NCBI GenBank assembly: GCA_028534125.1
Contig: CM052817.1
Span: 23,500,001 to 23,564,000 of the forward strand
From: Lama glama
Taxonomy: Eukaryota
Direction: 5' to 3'
DNA: 64,000 bases
Every line of letters starts with the position of its first letter. The stretch's first letter is position 1. Under the pieces are notes generated by a model. It saw only the letters and a list, made by a program, of their open reading frames with translations. It was not told the origin of the DNA and did no database searches. The position numbers and the translations under genes were made by a program. This document shows, in pieces, positions 36,220-48,592 of the stretch.

Positions 36220-38120
36220 ATGCCCTGCTCCCTTTACAGCAAACCGTCCTAAAAATTAGTTCTACTGCTGCTGTTTCTAATTCCTCACCTCACTTCCCTG
36301 TGCGCATACTCTAGTTAGGTTCCAACTCTCCTTGTGCAGCTAAAACTTCTTATTAAGGACCACTGCAACATCCACACTGCAATCCAGTGTCATTTTAATG
36401 CATGGCCTCATTCAGGGTTGCAACAGGAAACCTATAACATAATAAAAGTTAGTGTAATTCAAGGAAGGTTGAATACAGAGTTTAATTACAAAAGGGGGGA
36501 AGACTCTAGAGTTACCACAGGAGTAAAATAGCACCCAAGGTTGGCTAACAGTGGCGCTATTATTAACCCTAATCCTGGAATGAATATTAAAGAACACATT
36601 TGCTAATTAGAAAGAAAACTGTAATGAAGATGGGGCCACGTGGAGAGGAGTTATGTCTTCCAATAAAGGAACAAAGCCAGCCCAAGGCAAGCCCCCAAGA
36701 AAGGAGGTAGGAGATAAACATTCTGACTTGACTCTCGTCTTTCTATCTGATCTCATGCTGGGGGTCCCTGTTAACTGAGCTGACAAAATCCAGAAATCAA
36801 AAAAACACTCGATTATTTAGCACATCTCAGCCTTTGGGGATAGAACACAGGTAAGTGAATAATAAAGAGTGGACCTGGAAGGTTAAAGAACACATCCTTA
36901 TATGCATCACCCCATTCACTCACCTCTCAGGAGTGCTCTACACGGTTGACCGCTCCCCACTGCCTAAAACGCTCTCTTCACTTGTCCTCCATGCCAGCAC
37001 ATCCTCTTAGGTTTCCTCTTAATTAACTAATCACTCTTTCTCTCCATCTCTTCCTCCACTCAAATTTTAAGTGTTATTATTCCAAGGTAGATCTTAGGCC
37101 TTCTCTTTCCATAAAACCTTATTTTATGAGTGCTTTAAATACTATAATTGTAACTTTTAATTTATAACTCCAACATGGAACTTTTTGTAAGATTCAAACT
37201 CACCATCTGTACCAGATGTCCAAGAAGAAACCTCAAAATTAATATTTAAAGAATAGAACAATCCCCCTTCTCTCCTCCCATCCCTGCCCAAGTTGTTATT
37301 TTCTTCATCTTATCCATCCCTCTAAACAGAGCCACCATCTACCTTCTTGTTCAAACTGAAAATGGAGAATCATTCCTACTTTCTTATTTTTCTTTCTGTG
37401 TCACAATCTTTCCATTTGTAAGTCCTGTAAGCCCTATCTCAAAAACGTACTCCTCAGATACTCTTCTCTCTCCATTCATCACCATTTCTGATGTAGATTT
37501 CAGAAGTAGCTTCATGACAAATCACTTTACCCTGCTACACTCTCTACACAAAATTCCCAAGAAACCAAAACTGACTCTTGAAAAATATAAATCAGATAAT
37601 GTCCCATTTTTGCTTGGAATCTTCCAAGCTTCCTTTTTGCATACGGACTCAAATCCAGATGTTTCATCATAGTAAAAATTTCCTGCATGACTTGCTGCCT
37701 ACTGAGCTCTTTGGCCTAATCCACTCTTCTCCCAGTGGTTCTTCACTCCTTTGCTTCATGGGCTTTCTAACTATTTTTTGCCCTCACTGTTTTCTCACTT
37801 GGATCCTCTGTTTTGTCATCCCTTTAGGGCTCACTCTATTACTCTTTCATTCAGATCTCTGCCCAAACACACCTCCATAGTAAGACCTACTCTGACCACC
37901 CAATCTAAGTTATCACCCAAGTCATGTTGTTTTGTTGTGTTTCTAGCAGTTAGCAGTTTTTTGCCTCTATACTTTTTGTTTTTTTCTGTTTCTCTTCACT
38001 AAAATGTAAATTCCATGAGATCTGTGATTTTATCTTGTTTGTTCACAGCTATAACCCCAGCATCTAGAGAAAAGTGACTCAGAATAGATACTGATTTTGT
38101 TTGGTGTAGAATGAATGAAT
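36220..38120 (+). mobile_element. L2 LINE, interrupted by an LTR33-like LTR
   Basis: CACCTCTCAGGAGTGCTCTACACGGTTGACCGCTCCC, ATAAATCAGATAATGTC, and terminus CACTAAAATGTAAATTCCATGAG...TTGTTCACAGCTATAACCCCAGCATCTAG...GAATGAATGAAT. Confidence 0.75.
36405..36897 (-). mobile_element. LTR33-like ERV-L solo LTR nested in L2
   Basis: CAGGGTTGCAACAGGAAAC...GGCTAACAGTGG...GCCAGCCCAAGG...GAGTGGACCTGGAAGG; similar to 44460-45570. Confidence 0.6.
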
Positions 38121-39759
38121 TCTTTAGTTTCAGTATTCAATTATAGTTCCATGTAAGGGAGAAGATGGGTGGTCTTTTAAAAGGAAAAACATAGGACATA
38201 AATTTTTTTCCAAGCAGGAAAAGAACAATTAAATGATTTGAAGGAAAAGGACAGGAACTGAGAAATGTGTCCTAGATCCCCTGTCTGGGCAGAAACTCTG
38301 AAGCCAGCAAAAGCTAGAAATAACCAGATATACTAGGGGTTTTGTTTATCACTTACAAAATTGGAAGCTTTTAAGCATTTTAGAGAAAGGCAGAGTCCTC
38401 TGCCGCATTCCAGATGGTCATGATGCAAAGGAGGGACTCCCAGTAGAGCACCAAAGGACTATTAAATGTGCCATATGATAGTTCTTGTGGTGCTAATATC
38501 AATAGTGTCACTGAGCTCACCAAGAACTGGAACCAACAGAGAGCAAACCATAAATTTGATTACCTGCAGATTTTAGCAGTAGATATCAGTACCTTGCCCA
38601 AAAGAAGACAGCAACATGTCATCATTAGATGCTCAAAGACTAAGGCAATCAAAGTAAGGCAATGAAACAATTTTACCTATTGCCATGAGAATATACAATT
38701 CTTAACACCAAAGAACATTCCACTTTCCTAGGTCCAGTAATACTGAGTTCATATTTTCAGCCAAATTTGTGAGACATAGTAGCTTCTTCCTGCAATAAAC
38801 TTGCTTGGCTTTAAGAAATTTGATAAGCAAGTAACACCATAGATTTTAAGAAACACAACAGAAAACCAGGTCGAGCATCTGAACATCCTGAAATCACTCT
38901 GTCCTTGAGACGTGCAAGGTCACAATGATGATTAGATGTGTTCAACCTCAGCTTAGGGAAGTCATCAGATCTAAACTTCTTTTCAGCTTTTCTCCCTAAA
39001 TTATAGACTTAGAAATATGCGACTCGCTTCTGTTCTCTGGTTTAGGTGCATCTCGTCAACACCAGTTAGTCATCACTCATTAGTCAATATTTATATTAAA
39101 GTCTAGGTGTTGCTCTAATACTCAGTTATTGGCCATATTCTCATTTCCCTTGGATACTGTATTCTCCTAGAAACTTCCTAAGTCAGTGTTACAAGGGGTA
39201 TTTGACCAAAGGTCCTTTGGCATTTCAGAAAGTAGAAGAGAGAAAAAAGAATTATCTATCTACCCTCCCCCTCCTCCAAGTTCACCGTCTAATCATTGTC
39301 AATATCCCTTAGTTAATATTTCTCAGCATTTTCCTAAAATGTATATTAGAGCAATTTCTATAACATTTAATGCATAATAATAGACATACAAAAATACTAT
39401 CAGTCATTATCATTTGTATCAGTCAATAAGTTAGAAAAAATATGGTTATTGTGATCATACATGCTTAATTTTTTTAACGTTCTGTTACCAACTAGACTAT
39501 TTTCCCCTCTCCTCTTTATCCTACTTGTATTTTTTATAGGTACTAGCAGAGGTATATAACACTCCAAAGGCACAATTATTAGTCTTTCAGCTCATCAGTC
39601 TTCAAGGACATTTTATCAATTGTGGCTTTTAAAACAATTTGCAGAATAATTTCCATCCTGGGTTTATTATCTATGTAAGCTTTACTTTCACTTATCTCTA
39701 TAAGTAAATGTATGAATTCTTTACCAAATCATATGGCTTTGGGAATCATATCCAGAGTC

Positions 39760-40238
39760 ATTATTTTGGTTATTGACTGCTAAATAACAAGCCACCTCAA
39801 AATTTTGTAGCTTAAAAAAACACTTTAAAACTTTTTTTTAATCTTTCCTTGTTTTGTGAATTCACTGGGATGTACTGGGAAGTTGTTTCACTGGCTTCAC
39901 CTGGAGTGTCTCATACAACTGCAGTGAGAGGACAGCTGGTGCTGAAGACCCTGGAGTCTCAGTGTAATGATGGGACTCCTGCATCTTTCCCTGTCTTCAT
40001 GTGACTTCAAGGCTTCTCCTCTCCAAGTGGCTTCTCCATAGGCTCTCTCCATATATTCAGCAGAGTAGTCGTACCTCTTACATACTACCTCAGAGCTTAT
40101 GATTGTGAGAGGAAGCAGCAGCTGCCTGTCATCTTGAAGTCTAGACATGTAACGGGTGCAGGGACCCTCTCCATAGTCTATTGGTCAACATGAGTTACAG
40201 GCCAGCCCACATTCGAAGTATAAGTAGACTATACAGGG
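39760..40238 (-). mobile_element. Old MLT1 (H/J-like) LTR, 5'-truncated
   Basis: AATAACAAGCCACCTCAAAATTTTGTAGCTTAAA...TCTATTGGTCAAC...AGTTACAGGCCAGCCCACATTC. Confidence 0.65.
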
Positions 40239-40239
40239 G

Positions 40240-41582
40240 ACATCCTAAAGGCCAACTTTAATTTATCCCCAAATTCCCACAAAGATTTCCAGAATTGCAT
40301 TCTCCATATATGGGTATTCTTAAATATCCAATTATCTAGGATCCAGTTTCCAGACTATACAACAAAACTGTTGGCCAAAACCCAAGCAGAAGTGAGAGCC
40401 TAATTCTTCCTTCAGTACCAGATACACTATTCTCATTTCTGCTCATTGTACAGGTTCATCTTTTCCTTTCTCAGCCAAAGTGAATAGCAGCAGACTTTCA
40501 AATGACACTGTGTTCCTTATTTTGAGATTTCCATCAGTCAACCAGGCAGTTTGTTCCATGCTAAATTCATGGAGAATATTTAAATATATTTTATCCATTA
40601 ATAGTTACTGACCATTTCTTTGGGGATTGCCTATCCAAAAGCAGAGATGTAACCTGTCCTTGGTTACGATACATAGGTGGCATATTACTGTAATCTATTT
40701 CTACATTATCTTTGAGCTTTGCTGAACTGGTCCATCCCTATTGAAATACAACTATGACAGAAAAGGCATTTCAGTTCTTAGCTTATTTGATGTCTCCCAG
40801 TGGTGATGTTTCACCAAAGTTCATTAGCAGGTTGTCATATGTCCCTCAAAGGAGCTATAGCTCTCCACTGCATCAGGTAACTTATGAGCCCAAAGCTTCA
40901 GTGATCACTGCTGTGGGAAAATACTAGATTTCTGCAATAGACCCCATCCTCTTTCTGTCTGTATAGCAGTTACTTCCATAATCATTTGTGCAGTAACATC
41001 AGATGGCCTTAATGATGCTGCTTGAGTTCAGCCTGCTACATGCCTAAGTGCTCTGGACCACATGTCAATGTGCGACTTCATGTCTCAGGACTAAAAGGAG
41101 GCTCCAGGAGAGCAGACATCAAGATTTTAATGGGTCCAACTAAATCCAAATGACCTGATAATAAAGTATGCATTTTTCTTATCAGTAGGGTCTGGTATAG
41201 ACTATAGCATATTCCATAATTTCTGTGGAACGTCACGGAATGTCCCATATGGCTACAGACCGAGTCATTCACAAATTTAACTGATTGGGTTGGGCCCTAT
41301 CTTTTAGCTTCATCTAATCATATGCATCATCACAATTCTTAAATAATTTATAACGTCTTCCTCTGATCAATCAATGTTATGGATTCACTAACTTTTGTCA
41401 TTGACCAAATCTGTATGGCATCTCACTGGGCTATGACATATGCCTGAGAACCCTAATAGGAGGATGATCAGTGCTTGGAGACTTCCTTCTAAAACTGGCA
41501 TGGAAAGAAAGTCTCGACCACGTCTCGTAGAACATCCCAGTAGAGTTGACGTTAATTTGTTAGAATTCCTGAATTCCAACAC
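40240..41582 (-). mobile_element. Decayed class III (ERV-L-like) pol: RT, connection and RNase H
   Basis: Hand translation of the minus strand across stops and frameshifts gives LEFRNSNK, DFLSMPV, QAYV/SPVRCH (41415-41432), GTFRDVPQKL..LPDPTDKKNA..FGF, LWAHKLPDAVESYSSFE (40869-40895), AWLTDG (40530-40547), Q*AEMRIV and AWVLANSFVV*SGNW..DNWIFKNTHIW. These follow the order of the ERV-L pol motifs LPQGY.NSPALCH, PTTKKEA, FWSKALP..ADNYSPFE, AWFTDG, QWAELRAV and SWAVANGLAGWSGTW. Confidence 0.8.
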
Positions 41583-42556
41583 TATATGTGACGTGCAGAA
41601 GCTATTTTATTCAAATCAAATAGCTTTTCCCCTTTGATTTGTTTAAAAACATACTAATAAGAGGAAGAGAGGTATTTAAGAGAAAGACTAGAACCATAAC
41701 CTAAAACACTATCGGCAAAATATTGAGTGGTTTATCAGTCTGTTCTATTCACAGTTATGTTCTCTGAAGTTACACCTGACTATTCTAATTGTCAAACTCG
41801 CAACATCTATCACTTTTTTTTAAATGCATCTGATTTACTTCATGTCTGCTCCTAAAACTGTAACTTATTCTTAGATCTAATTGTCCACCTTTTTCCAAAT
41901 ATATTTTTCTTTACTTTGTAGCACTAGAAATCACAGTCTTATTTTTTTAATCACTTTTATCATTTCCTGAATAATAGGAACGATTAGGAAGGGTGATATA
42001 ATATTTCTCGATATAGGTATTCCTATAAAGTAAAGAACTTATATGTACACGTGTACAAGTTTAAAGTGGAAAAAGAAATAATCAGAAGGTAAGTCTAAAA
42101 TAAGCACTGTTTTGGGGGGCAGGGGGGTTGTTTTTTGTAATTCTTACCCTAGAGGCTATAAACAGATGAGATAGGTTCTGAGAGCTACGTAATAAAATTG
42201 GAGCTAAAATTTTAATTTTCTTTACTATTTTGAAAAACTGTTGTGTGCTGTTAAAGTGTACACTATGAAAATATGTTTAATTTTTGGCATTGTGTGAAAA
42301 AATAATAATGTAATTATAAATGAAATTGTAAATTAAATGAGGAACAACCATATTTCTCTTATGGAAGAAACCAGCTAGGAACACATCATCTGTTTACATT
42401 TACTCATAGTCACATGTAAACCTCAAAGAAAGAAGGAAGGAAGCAGGGAAAGAAGGAAAGAAGAAAGAAAAGAAAGAGAATCACCTTTAGGATAAATTTC
42501 TTTATCACCCAATTCAGAATACCAACGGATCAACTGATGTAAAGAGGTACCCTCTT

Positions 42557-42953
42557 TGTTATAGACTGAATGTGTCTGTTCCTCCAAAAGTCATGTTAAA
42601 GCTTTAACCCCAAATTGTGATTATATTGGAGGTAAGGCCTTGAGGGGTATACAGGGTTAGATGATGTCACGAAGTTGAAGCCCCCATGATGAGATTAGTG
42701 ATGAGATTTCTTCCTACAAGAAGAAGAAAAAAAGCTAGAGCTTTCTTTCTCTGCTCACACACAAAGAGATCATGTGAGCACAAAGTGAGGTGATTACCTA
42801 CAAGCCCCGAGGCCTCAGAATAGAACCTGCTTTGCCATCATGGCACCTTGATCTAGGACTTCCCAGCTTCGAGAACAGTGACAAACAAAATTCTATTACT
42901 TAAGCCACCCAGTCCATGGTATATTTTCATGGCAGCCTGAGCTGTCTGAGCCA
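42557..42953 (+). mobile_element. MaLR solo LTR, MLT1A-like
   Basis: TGTTATAGACTGAATGTGTCTGTTCCTCCAAAA...GGCACCTTGATCTAGGACTTCCCAGC...TAAGCCACCCAGTCCATGGTAT...GGCAGCCTGAGCTG. Confidence 0.85.
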
Positions 42954-44459
42954 CTCCCAGAGATGTCTGGGTTCTGAGTTGCAACAACTGCATGCTATGT
43001 AAGTCTGAGCAAGGTTTTATTTTAGCTCTTTTAAACTTAGGGCTGTCTCCCCCTATGGGAGTGTATGGAATGGAAGATGAGATGATGATATTTTCTACAT
43101 ATAATTTTTACTATTTATAATTGAATAATAAATAACAAAATACATTAAGTGTCTAGAACATCACAGAAATTTCTTTTACCTCCCGCTAAACTTTCTCCTT
43201 GAAAATTCTAAACCAATCCTCCCATTACTTTTTATTTTTTAAATTATTTTTCTGAAACAAATTATGTCTCCTTTTATTTTCTTGGAATATCCATACTATT
43301 ACCTAAATACTCAGCTAATTGTTACAATAAATATTTTCATGTCAAGTCAGAATAGAAAAGAAATTTAAGACATGCTCATTTTTAGAGTATGATTTGCATT
43401 CTCAAAAAATTAAGCAAAAACATTGCCTCGTATCCATAAACATTTTAGCATTTATCAATCAAATCGGTAGAGGGAAACTAGGAAGGTGAGGTGTGAAATT
43501 TGGGATATGAAAATCAGGGACACTGAGGTTTGTTTCTGTGGTTTGCAACTTTCTCAAGTGTGAATTTCTGCCCCTAATTTAGGCATTGCTTGAATAATCA
43601 AAAATTGCTCTGATGACTAATGTATCATAGGATTCCCAAATGATTTCCCAAACAGAAATTCACTTTTAAATTTTTGCTCCAGTATTTTTCCTGACTTTTA
43701 TATGTGCTATGTTATTTCCAATAACTCTGATGTATCTCTGATTATGAAGAATTATTTCACTTGTACTGTTACTACATTGTAATATTATTTATTTGCTTTA
43801 TCCGAATATTGCAATACCTAGGAACAATTTATTCTTTAGAAAGATTATTATCATCATGTGAACAATAAATCGCATTCTTCCACTAACATCCGCTCTATTC
43901 CATGAAGGCATAATTTCTTTATTCCTCTAAAGAGGACAATATGTCATGAATAATGAAGTGTAAATCCCATTTGGGTCAGAGTTTCAGATGTAAAGAGATG
44001 TGAAGAGACAAAAAGTGAGACTAACAACAGAAAGTCCTTGTGTATCTTTTCATCTTCTAGCCTGTCAAAAACATGGAAGTTTGTACTGAACACAATGTCT
44101 ATAATTATAGTGCTAGTTGCCAAGAAGAGTTACTGTGTCTGTTAAAAAGATAATTACAGCTGCTTTACAATTCAAATCTGTGTGTTCAGTTACCTTGTGA
44201 AATCCAAATGAATGCTAATCTGACCTTATGTTTCCAAAAGGCACTATACTTTTTAACACTTTTAAAAAAATTGTTTTACTGAGGATGACAAACACCCTCA
44301 CATCTTCAAAACGATTACACATAAAACAAGCACTTCAACCACCACCCTGCACACGGTAAAGAATTTCAACCACCATAAAATTCATCTCTCTGAAGCACTT
44401 AACATTTTCACATGCTGCAGATACAACTGATTAGTCTACAATTCAAACTTGGATGTATA

Positions 44460-45570
44460 TGTCGGTGAGGATCTCAACAGAAAACAGATGGCACGCTCAA
44501 ATCGGGTAATTCAAGGTGGACTTCACAAGGGTAAATCAGGGGGAACTAGTATGGGACAATGCAATTCTGTGGGCTGGCAAGAGCTGGAGTCTTAATGTCT
44601 CTAGGTCTAAATGGGCAAGAAGAGGTAGCAGTTATGAGAACCAAAGCAGTCAGAGCTGTCTGGAGAGGGCCACCTCACCAGGGTGTGGCCTTCCACAAAG
44701 ACAGACACTCAATTCCCTGTGACCTGGTGGAGAGAGAGAATCAAGATCACACATACCCTCACTTCCCTCACTTTTGACTTCTCCTCTTCAGCTAATGCCC
44801 CTCTTAGAGCAAATCCACTAGGAAGCCATAAGACAAAGGTGCAGATTGACACGGTCCATATGTCATGAGAGAGAAGTTTCGTGTTGTCGCAGAAAGAATT
44901 CAGAAACAAGACACAGAGGTCAAGAAAGCAAAGCAAGGATTTATTAAGGGGTAGATAGTATGCTCTCAAGGAAAGAGTGAGCAGACCCAGGTGGGTAGCT
45001 GCCCCGAGTTTCTTCAGCCAGCTGGTTATATGGGTGTGAAAATGAAGGGGCAGAATATTCATTGGCATGGAGGGGTTTGGGGTCATCTTTCCTGACCTTC
45101 ATTCCAGCTCCCCCTTCCTAAGAGGGGAAGAGGGATTTTTTTGGTCCTTATTTAGTCTTGATTGGGAAGTCAGATGAGGACACAATGAACAAAAGGTTAC
45201 ATTCAGATGGGGCTATCATAAGAAAAAGGTTACATTCAGATAGAGGTCATAATGAGTGACAGGTTACATTCAGATGGTGGAGATTCCTATCTTGTCCCAC
45301 CTTTCTTTACCTCCAGGACACTTGTCAACCCAGAATTTATGGTTTCTTATCAGTCCGGAGGATCTTGCTTTTCTTAGTCTGTCCAATGAGCCCCGTTGTT
45401 CACAAGATGTATGGTTTTCTGGCATTTGGCCCGTGTGCCCCTTTCTCTGCTCAGATCTAGCTATCTGACTGCTCTAACACATAGATGCCAGCCTTCTGGG
45501 GGCACAGAGCCGAATTAAGAAGGGTTAAGAGTGGAACTGGAGGAAGAAAAGGAAAATACTCAAGCAACAC
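44460..45570 (-). mobile_element. LTR33-like ERV-L solo LTR split by a younger LTR
   Basis: CAACAGAAAACAGATGGCACGCTCAAATCGGGTAATT...GAGCTGTCTGGAGAGGGCCACCT...GGTCCATA | GATGCCAGCCTTCTGGGGGCACAGAGC...GAGTGGAACTGGAGG; the two halves rejoin across the insertion. Confidence 0.7.
44861..45479 (-). mobile_element. ERV1-type solo LTR with 4-bp TSD
   Basis: TGTCA...TAACA termini. TSD CATA at 44857-44860 and 45480-45483. Minus-strand AATAAA at ~44940. Paralogous to 7965-8574. Confidence 0.88.
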
Positions 45571-45879
45571 AGTCAATTTGGAAATAATTTCCAAGTAACG
45601 CATTGCAATACACAATTTTCTGTAGTATTGTAATTACAATTTTTGTAAAGAGTTAACTTCAAAGTTACTCTGAATCATTTATAATAGGGCTAGTTTTCTA
45701 ACTATTAAAAAATATAATTTACTAATGTTGCTTCATCTAATATGCCAAACAACTGAAAGGTAGAGGTGTACACACATTGTGTCTTTAACACACAGTGGTT
45801 CAGAAAATTTAAATGCATGTTTCTCTAAGCCACAGAACCAAGAAAGGAATAAACAATGAATGAAAGGGTGAATGCTATA

Positions 45880-46140
45880 AAGTGAATGTTGGTTATATCT
45901 CTCATGCTATGTACTGGACAATGTTTTAAGCGTATTAAATGTATGAACTCATTCAATCCAGGCAACGTTATATGAATTACTTATTATTATTATCATCATC
46001 ATCATCATTATCATCATCACTATTATCCATATTTCACAGGTTAAGTAAACTCCATCAGCAAATGAGCACCTTGTCCAAGGTCACAGCACTAGGGTCAGGA
46101 TTCATCCTCAAGCCATTAGTGTCAAAGTCTGTGCATTAGA
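45880..46140 (-). mobile_element. MIR SINE with internal (TTA)/(TCA)n repeat at 45981-46028
   Basis: CTATGTACTGGACAATGTTTTAAGCG...AACTCATTCAATCC...TATTATCCATATTTCACAGGTTAAGTAAACT...TTGTCCAAGGTCACAGC. Confidence 0.75.
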
Positions 46141-48059
46141 TCAAAATTTTCATCAGAGTTATACTGGCTGGGTGACTTAAGCAAGAAGTAAACATCACAG
46201 AAAGAAATATTACATTTAGATTCAAATGTTGGCTGTAAAATAAATAGTAGATAGATGTCAGTGTGATGTGAATGGAATCTTTCTAAATTCAATGTATATT
46301 AAATTTTATAAATCCTATCAAGGGATCATTTAGCGATAATGTCAATAAAATAGAGTTTTGTCACAAGATAATGATCTCCTGCTGTTACATAACCATGAAC
46401 ACAAAGCCAAGTTGTTTATTTTCAAAGCAGGAAAAGTCAATTCCAGAATTATGCTCTATAACAGTGATTTTAGCTCTATTATACAAAAATGATGCATGTT
46501 GATTTAATAATTTTGCCTGATGGATGTTTGAGAGGGAAAATGACAGATGTTCCCTGTGCCATTGTGAGCCAGAGGGTTCTGTCAGGCTTAGAAAATATAC
46601 CTGTTGTACGTTTTGCCTAATCAGAAACAGTCATCCACAAAAGTGATGAGGTTGTACCCCTGTTGTAATCTGCACCTTTATAAATGAGATGATTTATGAC
46701 CTGTTAAGGGTGCTGTGGTTTTTAACTTTAATCAGGGAATAGTGGTCAACCATGCAGCCATTCGGTCTAAAAGAGGAGGATATACATAGTACTTAAAAAT
46801 TTAAACTGACAGCAAAACAAGTACAGAAGGGGTCTATTGCACTTGGTAATGATCATGACTCAACTTTCATTCTAACTCCAGATGGAACTGTAGTGATTTT
46901 TAACTAGGGTCCCAAATAGAAAAACATTTCAAAGTTTCACTTAGCCTGGAGTGTATCTAAAAACACCTAACTCCCACAACGACATAATAATACCTATCTG
47001 TGAGAACATAGTGAATGAAACCTTGCATTTTAATATTTGTGTTTGTTTTCCAAGTGTTTTCTGCATATTTATTCATTATTCATTTCATGTTTACAACCAA
47101 CTGGAGAGTTAGACAGCACTGTACTGGTTAGTTGAGTAAACTGAGGAATGAAAAGAGAAAAATCAATAAGAGCTGGGTGTTCTGATTCCTTCTTCATGTG
47201 CTTGCATCCAATTATACACCAAAGCCCTTCTTTCTCGAAAAAGTATCTTGCTATAGATTACTCTTTTCTAAACAATGAAAACCAATGTAATCAGAAAGTG
47301 TGTTTTCAAATGCATTTCAAAGCTAAGGTACAAAACTGATTTATTTAGTCATTGCAAATCATTTTCAAATACATGGATATCTGTATTTTATAAAACTAAA
47401 TACATTATTGATTAAGTAGTTAAGAATTGATAGTCAAATTACAAACCCTTTGTTTATAAAGTGAGTTTCAAAACATCATTCTTGGATTTGAGGTTAATAG
47501 CACCAGTCCTGAAGCAGTGCCCTGTAAGTAGCATGTCTCTTCCCTAACCAACTTCTAAATGACTGAGAAACTGAACAAAGAGCTGATGAATGGGAACCAG
47601 AGAGTCACTGATGGGGCTGATGCTGTAGAATATGGTTTATATGTTTAAGAAAGTTGTCTTCCTGACACCAAACCCCAAATTTAGATAGATGTACTCACCC
47701 ACTTGTACAGTACAAGAAACGGCAGTCCATGCCAGGTTGGAACTAACCCTTTTAAGTCTTAAGAGATGGATGGACAGAAAAGAATGGGTACAGAGGAGTC
47801 ATTGCAAGAGAAAAGGAAAGACTGGCCTATAGATGGCTTTGTTTCTCCTTCCAAACTCACTTAAGACCAAATTCATTTCACTTCCTCTTAGTCAGAGTAA
47901 GTAAGGACGGCATAAAAAGTCAGAACTGTTACCTATTAAAGTTCCCTTTCAAGGAAAAAAACATGTTTCTTCCATTGCCCGTCACTACTCCTACATCTAC
48001 ACTTCTGCTAATATTTTCCCTGACAGAAAGAGTTACTCATACTTCTCCAACCTAGAGAA

Positions 48060-48592
48060 GGAAATATGATTTGCTGCATAAGAAATCATTCCAAACCTTA
48101 GTAGCTTAAATCATTAATGATGTGCAGTTTCTTACCATTCTCTGTGTTGATCGGGCAGATCTGCTCCCCATGGAAGTAGGTGAGATCACTCAAGCTCAGC
48201 AGGCTTGGCTGGGATTTCTCAGGAGACCTGTCTCATATCTGGCGCCTTGGTGCCAATGGTGGACTCAAGTGCCTCTATTCTCCTCCACTTGGTCTCTTTC
48301 TAACAGCGTCATGCCTGAGCCTCCAGCACCTTTCAACATGGTCTCTCTCTCTCCAGAAGAAAGGCTTGAATTTCTTTATAACTAGATGGAAAGAGAGCAA
48401 AAGTAGACACTTACAGGTCTTTTCAGGGCTGAATCCAGAACTACTAGCACAATAGCTCTTCTGTAACATTCTATTGATAGAGGCAAGTCACAGGTAAAAA
48501 GCAAGGGAAATACACTCCACCACTTAATGGTTAAGATATACAAACAGAGATAGCATAAATTGTTGACCATCAATTTGTAGACCAGCTACTGT
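48060..48592 (-). mobile_element. Old MLT1 (H/J-like) LTR
   Basis: TTGCTGCATAAGAAATCATTCCAAACCTTAGTAGCTTAAA...ACATTCTATTGATAGAGGCAAGTCACAGG...ACTCCACCACTTAATGG. Confidence 0.7.

Noticed and set aside
42044..42057. 14-bp palindrome TGTACACGTGTACA centred on an E-box
   Set aside because: Isolated, in low-complexity purine-pyrimidine alternating sequence, with no supporting context.
45181..45280. Repeat-spacer pattern reminiscent of a CRISPR array
   Set aside because: The context is mammalian, there are only three 15-bp cores with related spacers, it lies within an LTR, and there are no cas genes.
7965..45479. Paired ERV1-type LTRs as the ends of one giant element
   Set aside because: They are 37 kb apart and structurally different, and the second has its own TSD on both sides.
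36405..45570. Two co-oriented LTR33-like LTRs about 8 kb apart flanking an ERV-L-like pol, suggesting one ancient provirus
   Set aside because: The 36.4 kb LTR sits inside an L2 that continues on both sides, so it is a solo insertion. The DNA between the pol and either LTR shows no other recognisable retroviral internal sequence.
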